From assembly GCA_039683575.1 (NCBI GenBank), contig JBDKRC010000224.1:1-34599 (forward strand): a DNA stretch of 34,599 nt. The letters run 5' to 3'. Source of the DNA: Armatimonadia bacterium. GTDB lineage: Bacteria > Armatimonadota > Zipacnadia > Zipacnadales > UBA11051. The position numbers and the translations under genes were made by a program. Positions 1-7,751 of this stretch are shown in pieces. The notes under the pieces are model-generated. The model saw only the letters and a program-made list of their open reading frames with translations. It was not told the origin of the DNA and ran no database searches. Numbering within the stretch: the first letter of the stretch is position 1; each line of letters starts with the position of its first letter.

Positions 1-361
1 TTGCGGGCGTTACTGCCCGCACTACGCGGTGAGACTGTTGGGCGGGGGCTTGTACCCCGCCGGCCTCTATCACCGACGACGATTGCGCCGGGGTACGAGC
101 TCCCGCCCCACAGAACGTGGTGATCTCCTCCCCCGGCGGCAACAGCGCCAGCAGGTTCGCCAGCACCGTGCTCTTCCCCGCGCCACCCGGCCTCGCTGCC
201 GTTAGGAACGACGCGCCGTGCGCGATGGACGTCCAGCAGTATGCCACCAGCTCCGCCGTCATCGTCCCCGCCTCGATCAGGTCCACGAAGCTAAGCGTCC
301 GCCCGCCCCGCTGATTGAGGCCCTCGATCTCCCGCAGGTTGTGTGACTGCAATTGGTCCAT
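1..361 (-). CDS. P-loop NTPase, type II/IV secretion ATPase-like (VirB11/CpaF/FlaI-like); N-terminal part only, runs off the window edge
   Basis: Not in the ORF track because there is no stop in the window. Manual translation from ATG 361 (GGAG 6 nt upstream): MDQLQSHNLREIEGLNQRGGRTLSFVDLIEAGTMTAELVAYCWTSIAHGASFLTAARPGGAGKSTVLANLLALLPPGEEITTF... Walker A (ARPGGAGKST) sits in the LSxxDLIxxGT...LLxxIP context typical of secretion ATPases. The frame stays open to position 2. Confidence 0.75.
   Translation of the reverse strand, partial: MDQLQSHNLREIEGLNQRGGRTLSFVDLIEAGTMTAELVAYCWTSIAHGASFLTAARPGGAGKSTVLANLLALLPPGEEITTFCGAGARTPAQSSSVIEAGGVQAPAQQSHRVVRAVTPA
36..112. repeat. 77-nt palindromic element (family A), inside the P-loop ORF
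   Basis: tgttgggcgggggcttgtaccccgccgg...ccggggtacgagctcccgccccaca; same length as, and similar along its length to, 29383-29459. Confidence 0.9.
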
Positions 362-406
362 ATGACGCTCCGTGCGGCCGTAGCCGTATCCACTCTATCC
401 GTATCC

Positions 407-489
407 GCTGTAGGGCGGGGGCTCCGTACCCCGCCGGCCGTCATCTACGGCTTCCCGAGCGGCGGGGTACGGAGCCCCCGCCCTACAGC
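407..489. repeat. Palindromic element (family A), intergenic, perfect 30-bp arms
   Basis: 407-436 gctgtagggcgggggctccgtaccccgccg is the exact reverse complement of 460-489. Confidence 0.95.
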
Positions 490-510
490 CCGAGGAAGAG
501 GCGAACCCCT

Positions 511-539
511 TTGACGCCGCGAGCGATTCACACTACACT
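511..539 (+). promoter_or_regulatory. Putative sigma70 promoter of the MFS gene
   Basis: TTGACG-N17-TACACT, ending 13 nt before ATG 553. Confidence 0.55.
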
Positions 540-552
540 CTTCTGGTTCCCC

Positions 553-1788
553 ATGAGCAACTCCTCGCCCCAGCCAATCCTGCTCTCGCCCACCGGCCAT
601 CCTGTCGCCTACATGCGGCTCATGATCGCGTCGGTGCTTTGCATGGTCATGTTCGGTGCCGTGCAGGTCATGCCTACCGTCTGCCTCGATGCCCTCGGCC
701 GCGATATGTGCCTGAACTTCGAGCAGCGCGGCTTCCTCATCGCGATCCGCATGGCGGCGCTGACCGCGTGCCTGCTCGTGGTCGGCCACTTCGGCGAGCG
801 CCCCGGCAAACGCTTCATCCTCTTCGTAGGCCTCGCCGCCATCTCCGTCGGCCAGATCATGGCCGCTCGTGCCCCCGGCTATTCCGTCCTGCTCGCCGCC
901 TTCATCGTCTCCGGCCTCGGCTATGGCGTCGTCGAAGCCTACCTCAACCCCATCGTCGCCCAGCTACACCCGCACGGTTCCGCCCGCGCGCTCAACATCC
1001 TCAACGGTATCTTCTCCCTCGGCCTCGTCCTTGGCGCCCTCACCACCGGCGAGATGCTGCAGGCCGGCCTCGGCTGGCGACTGCCCTTCTGGGTCTGGGT
1101 CCTGCCGCCACTGGTCATCGGCATCCTGTACCTGACGCCTCACTACCCCGCGCCAGTGCATGGCTCCGACGATGTGCGCCCGACCCCCGACGTCCGCCGC
1201 TTCATCAGCCTCCCGCTGTTCTGGGTGCTGTTCGGGGCCATGATCCTCGGCGGCGGCTGCGAAGCCGGCCTCACCAATTGGGCCCCCAATTACGTCGCTG
1301 AAGTCCTAAAAGCCACCGCCCGCGGCGGCGCCTGGACCACCATCCTCTACGGAACCTTCATGGCCGTCGGGCGCCTGGGCAGCGGCCTCGTCGTCTCGAA
1401 GACCGGTGCGATAAAGCTGATGGTGCTCTCGGCCATAGCCTGCGGTGTCGTCACCGCCGCGCTCACCTTCGTGCCCAGCATGTTGGTGGCGTGGGTGCTA
1501 TTTGCTCTCAGCGGCCTCTTCGTGGCCTGCTTCTGGCCGACGCTGCTGTCGATCGGCTCGGATCAGATCGCCCCCGGTTCCACCTCGCTGCTGTCCTTAC
1601 TCGGCGCCGCGGGCGTCAGCGGCTGCGTCATCGTCCCCTGGGCCATCGGTGCGCTCGGCGACCTCTTCGGCCTCCGCCTCGCCATGCTGGTATTGCCGAC
1701 TTCGATGATTCTGCTGATCATTCTCCTCGCCACCGCCGCCGGCATCGTCCACCGACACAAGAACGGGACTAACGAAAATGGGGACTGA
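553..1788 (+). CDS. MFS transporter (FucP/TsgA-like sugar permease)
   Basis: About 12 hydrophobic segments, motif-A-like GHFGERPGKR, ALNILNGIFSLG, GGCEAGLTNWAP. The ORF-track start at 343 would read through the palindrome, so ATG 553 is preferred. Confidence 0.88.
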   Translation: MSNSSPQPILLSPTGHPVAYMRLMIASVLCMVMFGAVQVMPTVCLDALGRDMCLNFEQRGFLIAIRMAALTACLLVVGHFGERPGKRFILFVGLAAISVGQIMAARAPGYSVLLAAFIVSGLGYGVVEAYLNPIVAQLHPHGSARALNILNGIFSLGLVLGALTTGEMLQAGLGWRLPFWVWVLPPLVIGILYLTPHYPAPVHGSDDVRPTPDVRRFISLPLFWVLFGAMILGGGCEAGLTNWAPNYVAEVLKATARGGAWTTILYGTFMAVGRLGSGLVVSKTGAIKLMVLSAIACGVVTAALTFVPSMLVAWVLFALSGLFVACFWPTLLSIGSDQIAPGSTSLLSLLGAAGVSGCVIVPWAIGALGDLFGLRLAMLVLPTSMILLIILLATAAGIVHRHKNGTNENGD

Positions 1789-1859
1789 CACCACTTTCGC
1801 AACCTTCCCTGCCTAACACAGAAAAGCCTCATGCAAAAATGGTGTCTGTCCCCATTTTC
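1774..1859. repeat. Inverted repeat pair (GGGGACTGACACC / GGTGTCTGTCCCC type)
   Basis: 1774-1800 vs 1833-1859: 24/27 reverse-complement match; the MFS stop codon lies in the left arm. Confidence 0.8.
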
Positions 1860-1902
1860 CCCCGTAGACCCCTATTCCCTCTCGCCTTTGCCTCTGCCTT
1901 TA

Positions 1903-1930
1903 CTATTCGCGATTCGCTATTCGCTATTCG
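1903..1930. repeat. Heptamer tandem repeat (CTATTCG)x4
   Basis: ctattcg cgattcg ctattcg ctattcg; contains the oxidoreductase stop codon. Confidence 0.8.
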
Positions 1931-3078
1931 CCCCTAACTATCTCACAGAACTTCCGCTCTGCCGCGCTTTCCCGCGCCTTCAGGCATGTCAGCGCGCTCG
2001 TGAGCCCCGCCTCGATGGGACTGCGGGAGTTGCCCTTGCCCTGCACGATCTGCAGGAAGTCGTAGCATAGCTGCGTGTCGCCGCCGAAATGCCCGCCGCC
2101 AGCCTCGAACTTGATCGTGTCGTTGCGCAGGCTGTGGTGCTCGAACACCTTGACCTCACCGGTGTACCAGTCGAACTCGATGGTGCCCTTGTACCCAAAG
2201 AACCGCGCTCCGCGCGCCCCCGCTTTGCCCCTCGCGAAGAAGTTCTGCGAATAGCTCGCCTGCACGCCGCTATCGAACTCCAGGATCGCGTTGCCGCTGT
2301 CCTCGTTCTTGATGCTTTCTGAGAACATGCAGTGCATCCCCGCCCCACGCTTCACCTGGTTGCCCTGCGCGCGCTGGTAGAACAGGTTGAACGGGCTCTC
2401 CGGGCACGTCTCCTGCTCGTCACAGTCGTCGCACATCAGGCCCTCGGGTTTGTCGCCGCCATAGACCCGCCGCGAGTTCATCGCGCACACCATGTGCGGC
2501 TTGCTGCCAATGATGTACGAGATGTAGTCGAAGTCATGCGTGGCCTTCTGCAAAAACAGCCCGCCGGTCTCGTTGAAGTCCCGGTACCATCCGCCGTAGT
2601 ACACCCAGCCGTACGGCACGTTGTTCCATGCCTGAACATGCTCAATGGTCCCCAGCCGCCCGGACTCGATGATCTCCTTGGTCGTGAGCGCCAGCGTGGT
2701 CAACCGCAGCGGAAATGACACCACAACCTGCGAGGAATAGTCCGTGAACGCCGCCTTCAGCGCGTCCCACTGCTCGTAGCTGGTGGCCACCGGCTTCTCC
2801 AGAAACAGCGGCAGCCCCCGCTTGGCGACCTTCACCGCCGAGGGCGTGTGCAGCGAACACCGCGTCCCCACCAGCACGCCGTCGAGGTCTTCCTTGTCGA
2901 GCATCTCGTCGGCATCCTCATAGATAGTCGCATCCTTGAGGTCCTCATGCTCCTGCTTATACTCCGCGCCCTTGGGGTCAGTCACCGCCGCAATAGTGAA
3001 CGGGACGTCAAACTGCTTGAGGCCGTTGATAATCCCGCGAATCCGGCCACCGTAACCGATAACTCCGAAACTTAACAT
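1924..3078 (-). CDS. Gfo/Idh/MocA family oxidoreductase
   Basis: N-terminal GVIGYGGR Rossmann motif, LFLEKP, GGLFLQKATHDFD; Cys-rich insert CDDC..TCPES. Confidence 0.93.
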   Translation of the reverse strand: MLSFGVIGYGGRIRGIINGLKQFDVPFTIAAVTDPKGAEYKQEHEDLKDATIYEDADEMLDKEDLDGVLVGTRCSLHTPSAVKVAKRGLPLFLEKPVATSYEQWDALKAAFTDYSSQVVVSFPLRLTTLALTTKEIIESGRLGTIEHVQAWNNVPYGWVYYGGWYRDFNETGGLFLQKATHDFDYISYIIGSKPHMVCAMNSRRVYGGDKPEGLMCDDCDEQETCPESPFNLFYQRAQGNQVKRGAGMHCMFSESIKNEDSGNAILEFDSGVQASYSQNFFARGKAGARGARFFGYKGTIEFDWYTGEVKVFEHHSLRNDTIKFEAGGGHFGGDTQLCYDFLQIVQGKGNSRSPIEAGLTSALTCLKARESAAERKFCEIVRGE

Positions 3079-3100
3079 TTGCTAACTCCTTACCTTGTCT

Positions 3101-3130
3101 CGCCTGTACGAGCGATCACTGATCGCGACC
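3101..3130 (+). repeat. REP-like hairpin, family B (GTA[C/G]GAGCG...CGCGA)
   Basis: cgcctgtacgagcgatcactgatcgcgacc; exact reverse complement at 26973-27002. Confidence 0.9.
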
Positions 3131-3136
3131 GGCCGG

Positions 3137-3319
3137 TTAGCCTACCTGAGCCGAACCCGCGGCCTGCCAATCAGTCGCTCCCCATTCTGCATATTCATCA
3201 ACCATACGCCGCAGCAACTCAGAGCGGCTCAGTCCCGCGCGCCGGGCAACGCCGTCCAGTTGCCTCTGCGTGTTTGTGTCCAGATTGACATGAACCCTCA
3301 CGGAAAAAGCGGTTACCAT
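3137..3319 (-). CDS. Ribbon-helix-helix (CopG-family) DNA-binding protein
   Basis: VRVHVNLD (alternating beta ribbon), QLDGVARRAG (helix A), LSRSELLRRMVDEY (G-x-S-R-S turn plus helix B); 60 aa. Confidence 0.75.
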   Translation of the reverse strand: MVTAFSVRVHVNLDTNTQRQLDGVARRAGLSRSELLRRMVDEYAEWGATDWQAAGSAQVG

Positions 3320-3376
3320 GCTGAATCACCGCGTGAGGTTACTACTTTCTTTCCCCACCCGCCCCCATCTTCCCTC

Positions 3377-3417
3377 TTGACAACCCATAGACCATTGTTA
3401 TAATCATCTATAACAAT
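3377..3417 (+). promoter_or_regulatory. Consensus sigma70 promoter with overlapping palindromic operator
   Basis: TTGACA 3377-3382, TG-n-TATAAT 3396-3404; inverted repeat ATTGTTATA (3394-3402)-N6-TATAACAAT (3409-3417). Confidence 0.85.
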
Positions 3418-3436
3418 AGACCTTACAGGCCGCACA

Positions 3437-3814
3437 ATGCCTCTAGCCATTGATCAGACCAGTCCCGTACCCATATACGCCCAACTGATCGAGCAGCTCC
3501 GTCTCGACATCGCCGCCGGGCGGCTGGCCCCCGGTGAGCAGTTGCCAACCGTCCGCCAACTGGCCGTGGACCTGCGCGTGAACATGCACACCGTCGCTCA
3601 TGCCTATGCCGAGCTTGCCCGCGAGGGGCTGATAGCCGTCCGCCGAGGCGTGGGCACCATCGTCGTCGGCCCGCCCGCCCCGCCTCAAGGTGATGAACGG
3701 GCGCGCAAGCTGGCAGATATCATCCAAAACGCTCTCGGCCAGGCCGCCGCACTCGGCCTTACCCCCGAAGAGTTCGTCTCAGAGTTGGATACCTACCTCA
3801 GGCGAAACGAGTAG
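3437..3814 (+). CDS. GntR family transcriptional regulator, YtrA subfamily
   Basis: PIYAQL...GEQLPTVRQLAVDLRVNMHTVAHAYAELAREG..RRGVGT; short two-helix C-terminus, 125 aa. Confidence 0.93.
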   Translation: MPLAIDQTSPVPIYAQLIEQLRLDIAAGRLAPGEQLPTVRQLAVDLRVNMHTVAHAYAELAREGLIAVRRGVGTIVVGPPAPPQGDERARKLADIIQNALGQAAALGLTPEEFVSELDTYLRRNE

Positions 3815-3844
3815 CTGCCGGTAATTCAGAAGGAGAGTACTACC

Positions 3845-4783
3845 ATGCTTGCCACTCCTCCGACCGTCCAACTGACGATCCAGTCGTCCTCTGCCTCTCA
3901 TGTCCACCCGTTGCAGGTTCTGGTGCTGGTTTTGTCCATTGGAGCTGGCGCCGCGCTCATGCCCGTCGTGGGCAATCCTCTGCCCGCCATCTGCGGCGCG
4001 CTCCTGGGCGTCTTCCTCTTCTCCAGCCTCCAGATCGGCTCGCAATGGGAGAAAGCCGTAGTCCTGCGCGCGGGCAAATTCCAGTCCCTCAAGGGCCCCG
4101 GTGCCTTCTGGATCGTGCCGATCCTCGACACCATCTCCACCTGGATTGACCACCGCATCCAGACCACGTCCTTCAATGCCGAACAGACCCTGACCAAAGA
4201 TACCGTCCCGGTGGACGTGGACGCCGTCCTCTTCTGGGTAGTCTGGGACGCGCAGAAGGCTGCGCTGGAGATCCAGGATTACCGCCAGGCCACCTTCTGG
4301 GCGGCGCAGACCGCCCTGCGCGACGTCATCGGCGAAACCCCTCTCTCAGACTTACTCACCGGCCGCCGCAGGCTCGACGAGGCCCTGCAGAAGGTCATCG
4401 ACGAGCGCTCGACCCCCTGGGGCATCACGGTCCAGTCGGTTGAGATGCGCGATGTCATCATTCCCGCCGGACTGCAGGACGCCATGAGCCGGCAGGCGCA
4501 GGCCGAGCGCGAACGCCAGGCCAGGGTGATCCTCAGCGAGTCCGAGGCCCAGATCGCCGACCAGTTCATCAAGGCCGGCAAAGCCTACGAGACCAACCCC
4601 ACGGCCCTGCACCTCCGGGCCATGAACATGCTCTACGAGGGTCTCAAAGAGCGCGGCGCGCTCATGGTAGTGCCCAGCACGGCGGTGGAGAGCATGGGCC
4701 TCGGCACCATCACCGGCCTCTCCGCCATGTCCAAAGCCGGCCTCCCAACCTCACCGGACACAACTGACGCCTCAGTAGTATAG
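3845..4783 (+). CDS. SPFH/band-7 stomatin-like (slipin) membrane protein
   Basis: N-terminal TM hairpin, GPG, LTKDTVPVDVDAV, AQTALRDVIG, WGITVQSVEMRD, AMSRQAQAERERQA; RBS AAGGAG. Confidence 0.95.
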   Translation: MLATPPTVQLTIQSSSASHVHPLQVLVLVLSIGAGAALMPVVGNPLPAICGALLGVFLFSSLQIGSQWEKAVVLRAGKFQSLKGPGAFWIVPILDTISTWIDHRIQTTSFNAEQTLTKDTVPVDVDAVLFWVVWDAQKAALEIQDYRQATFWAAQTALRDVIGETPLSDLLTGRRRLDEALQKVIDERSTPWGITVQSVEMRDVIIPAGLQDAMSRQAQAERERQARVILSESEAQIADQFIKAGKAYETNPTALHLRAMNMLYEGLKERGALMVVPSTAVESMGLGTITGLSAMSKAGLPTSPDTTDASVV

Positions 4784-4796
4784 CCGCAAACAAAAG

Positions 4797-4824
4797 GTGC
4801 CTGGCATCAAAAGATGCCAGGCAC
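4797..4824. terminator. Hairpin between convergent genes (terminator or REP-like)
   Basis: gtgcctggcatc-aaaa-gatgccaggcac, 12-bp stem; followed by (CTGTTTT)-type heptamers at 4836-4863. Confidence 0.7.
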
Positions 4825-4879
4825 TCTCCTCAGGGCTGTTTTCCGTTTCCTGTTTTCTGTTTTCGCCGTTCCTCTCCCC

Positions 4880-6859
4880 CTACTCCTCGAAAACCACCAC
4901 CGCATACCCCTCCACCTTCGGCACCGTCACATGGATGTAGCCGTCCTTCACCTCAAACGCCAGTGCCTCGCGCGTCGGGGCCAGGTACACGCTCTTGACG
5001 TCCTTGCCATCCGCCCGCAGCGCCACCTTGACGTCGCGCAGTTCGATCGGCTCTTCGATCATGTCCACGCTGTTGCCGCGCCGCTCGGGGATGTATGACG
5101 TGATCCACATCATCCGGCGGTTCGGCTGCGAGGTGACCATCGCCCGCGCGAATGACGGCAACTCCGTCTTGACCAGCGGGTTGGGCATGATGCGCTTGAG
5201 CATGTTCTCGACGAAATGCTTCATCGGCACCTGCGCGTCTACGATGTAGCTCGTGAACACCGGGTGGCTGAAGTGCGCCACGCGCCCGTTCTGCACCGCT
5301 GCCGCGCGCCCCGTGGGCTTGTCGGGGGGCAGGTACACGAACCCGTGTTCGCCGTCCCAGTGCTTGTTGTAATACGGCGCGATGATCTCGGCCAACTGCT
5401 GTCCGGTGGTCGGCTCGATGTTCGTGCCCTTCTGGTACAGCGTGATCGGCATGTCGGGCATGTTCTCGGCCAGTTCAGCCGACGGGGTAAAGAACGCCGG
5501 GTCGTACGGGTCCTCGCCCAGGAATTTCGCGCCCCACTCGGGGAAGACGAAGTCCTTGCCCTCGGGGTCAAGGCCAGACCACGCCGAGGAGATGATCGCT
5601 CCGCCCTTATCCAGGTGCTTGCGGATGCGCTTTGCGAACTCCTCATTCATCACCGTATGGTCGGGCAGCACGAACAGTTCGTACTTGTCCCAGTCCGAGA
5701 AGTCCGTGACGATGTCGAACTGGTACTTGAGCTCGCAAAGCAGCCGGGTCGCGCCCTTGATGCCGTTGTATTGCTTGTCCCAGAACGCCCGCTTGTTCGG
5801 GCTCATGAACTTGTAGCCCGGATACGGAGCCTGCCACAGCACCGCCGTGTCCGTCTCGGCCTTCGCGTCTTCCATCCACGGGTCCAGCGGCTTCAGCTTG
5901 TCATACAGCCGCTTGTACATGGCAAACACGGGCTTGTTGATATCTCCGCGCGGGTGGAAGTGGTCGCCAATGTTCGGCCGCATGGCATTGCCTGCGCCGT
6001 ACACCAGGTCATACTCCAGGCTCGGGTCGGTGCGGATGCCGCCGAAATCGCCCCACGACTTGTGGAAGCGACCGCTCATGTTCAGCACCGGCTTGCCCAG
6101 CGTCCGCAGGTACCGCGCGCCCATCTGCAGCGTCTCATAGCCCCAGCCGCCGGTCGGCAGGCACTCGAAGTCCAGATAGGTCCCCATCTTGTCCTGTGCT
6201 TCGTAGTCAATCCCGTTGCAGTACAGCAGCACTTCAGGATTGACGGCCTTGGCCGCATCCGTGAGGTTCTGGGCCATGCGGTTCATCTTCATGTAGTTGT
6301 AGTCGTGGATCTGCTCGTCATCCTGCCAGTCCACGCCCAGCCGCTTCATCTCTTCCATGCACTCGATGCCATAGCACGGCTGGGTGAACATGCAGTCGAA
6401 GAACAGCCCCGCAATCGGATGCATGGTCAAAAGCTCCGTGACCATGTCCACCGCATGCTGCCCGTAGCCCGAGTTGTAGCACATCTGCCGCATGAAGCTG
6501 TTCAGCCGGTCGGGCCCGTATACATACCCTTCCTTCTGGATTGTCAGCCAGTCCCGCTTCCGCAGCCCCTCCTCATGTGACAGGCCGATGTTGATGTAGC
6601 AAGTCAGCGCAATGCCGCGCTTCATGCAGGCATCGTTGAGCTTGCCAATCAGGTCATACTCCAGCGCCGCATGCTTGATGCCAATCTTGGTGTCATAGTA
6701 GGCGGTCCCGAGATTGCAGCGGGCGGGGAAGACAATGTAGTCCACGCCCGCATCTGCCAACTGCCCGGTGATGGCGTCAAAGTCAAAACCCTTGCCGACA
6801 TCCGGGTTAGCGGGCATGGTATGAAAGTCGAAGAAGATACACCACTTGGGGTCATGCAT
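4880..6859 (-). CDS. Glycoside hydrolase, GHL6/GH151-like (putative alpha-L-fucosidase) with beta-galactosidase-trimerisation-like domain
   Basis: N-terminal FDFHT, GLFFD, ECLPTGGWGY, GRFHKSWGDFGG, LLCELKYQFDIV. Confidence 0.75.
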   Translation of the reverse strand: MHDPKWCIFFDFHTMPANPDVGKGFDFDAITGQLADAGVDYIVFPARCNLGTAYYDTKIGIKHAALEYDLIGKLNDACMKRGIALTCYINIGLSHEEGLRKRDWLTIQKEGYVYGPDRLNSFMRQMCYNSGYGQHAVDMVTELLTMHPIAGLFFDCMFTQPCYGIECMEEMKRLGVDWQDDEQIHDYNYMKMNRMAQNLTDAAKAVNPEVLLYCNGIDYEAQDKMGTYLDFECLPTGGWGYETLQMGARYLRTLGKPVLNMSGRFHKSWGDFGGIRTDPSLEYDLVYGAGNAMRPNIGDHFHPRGDINKPVFAMYKRLYDKLKPLDPWMEDAKAETDTAVLWQAPYPGYKFMSPNKRAFWDKQYNGIKGATRLLCELKYQFDIVTDFSDWDKYELFVLPDHTVMNEEFAKRIRKHLDKGGAIISSAWSGLDPEGKDFVFPEWGAKFLGEDPYDPAFFTPSAELAENMPDMPITLYQKGTNIEPTTGQQLAEIIAPYYNKHWDGEHGFVYLPPDKPTGRAAAVQNGRVAHFSHPVFTSYIVDAQVPMKHFVENMLKRIMPNPLVKTELPSFARAMVTSQPNRRMMWITSYIPERRGNSVDMIEEPIELRDVKVALRADGKDVKSVYLAPTREALAFEVKDGYIHVTVPKVEGYAVVVFEE

Positions 6860-6937
6860 TAGAGGTCGCCTCCAGGAAATCCACGTTGGTCCGTCGTCCG
6901 TTCGCCATCCGGCACCACAAACCCTCCGTACCTCCAG

Positions 6938-7219
6938 TCATTGTTTCCGCCGTCGAGCGCGCTCATAGAAGTGCTTGCGGTCGCCGATCTGCCAGATAGT
7001 GACGGTACGCGTCCCATCGTTCACTTCGTATCCTATGCGGTGACTGCCTACTCGGATCCGGTAGTTGCCGCTCGTTTCACCCCGAAGAGCTACTACACCA
7101 TGTGGTCGCGGATCTTCCTGAAGCATGTCCAGGTGCTCGTCAACCAGGCGCAGCACCCGTTCGGACAAGGCCTGGTAATCGTGCAGGCCCTTGCTTGTGA
7201 ACTCCAACCGGTATGCCAT
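6938..7219 (-). CDS. RelE/ParE family toxin
   Basis: AYRLEFT, PRPHGVVALRG, YRIRVGSHRIGYEV, IGDRKHFY; 93 aa. Confidence 0.9.
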   Translation of the reverse strand: MAYRLEFTSKGLHDYQALSERVLRLVDEHLDMLQEDPRPHGVVALRGETSGNYRIRVGSHRIGYEVNDGTRTVTIWQIGDRKHFYERARRRKQ

Positions 7220-7261
7220 CTACGCCCTCCCCCTCGCGCGCGCCGCGCGCGCAAGTACAAG

Positions 7262-7291
7262 AACAAAAAGTGACTGGCATGTGCCAGTCAC
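7262..7291 (-). terminator. Intrinsic-terminator-like hairpin between antitoxin and toxin genes
   Basis: Minus strand: gtgactggca-ca-tgccagtcac-TTTTTGTT. Confidence 0.65.
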
Positions 7292-7320
7292 CATAAATCC
7301 CCTTAAGCCCCACTGGTTCG

Positions 7321-7608
7321 CTAAGTGTTCGTCGGCTGTCGCTTACGGACCTGCTCCCACGGTATTCTCTCCCCCGTGTCCTCGCGCCGCCTCTCCTCCA
7401 ACTCCAAATCCATACCCTTCTGCACCATCGCCTCATACCGGTCGCCGCCTGCTGCCAGCCACGCGTCGAGTTCCGATTTTCGGAATCGCCACTCGCGGCC
7501 CAACTTCGCCGCCGGGATCTTGCCCGCCCGCGCCCGCCGCAGCAGCGTGTCTCGACTGGTCTGCAGGAAATCAGCCGCCTGGTCTGCTGTCAGCACGTCT
7601 TGCGCCAT
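7321..7608 (-). CDS. Excisionase-type HTH (HTH_17) protein, probable antitoxin
   Basis: LTADQAADFL..TLLRRARAGKIPAAKLGREWRFRKSELDAWL plus C-terminal GERIPWEQV; upstream of the RelE gene. Confidence 0.8.
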   Translation of the reverse strand: MAQDVLTADQAADFLQTSRDTLLRRARAGKIPAAKLGREWRFRKSELDAWLAAGGDRYEAMVQKGMDLELEERRREDTGERIPWEQVRKRQPTNT

Positions 7609-7647
7609 AAAATCACCCTTAAGTCACGTCTTGCCATGTTCTGCTAC

Positions 7648-7676
7648 ATTATACAGCGTGCCGAATCAGCCGTCAA
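7648..7676 (-). promoter_or_regulatory. Sigma70 promoter of the HTH/RelE operon
   Basis: Minus strand TTGACG-N17-TATAAT. Confidence 0.75.
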
Positions 7677-7751
7677 CTGGTCGCAAAGCGCCTGCTTGTG
7701 CCCAACTGCCGTTTACACGACCCCTCCGAAACCCTAAACTACACCCACACC

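Noticed and set aside
343-552. N-terminal extension of the MFS ORF
   Set aside because: It translates the intergenic palindrome and promoter and overlaps the start of the divergent ATPase gene, so it is not counted as a third in-frame insertion.
7321-7608. Prophage or ICE excisionase
   Set aside because: No integrase, att site or tRNA is nearby; the context is toxin-antitoxin-like.
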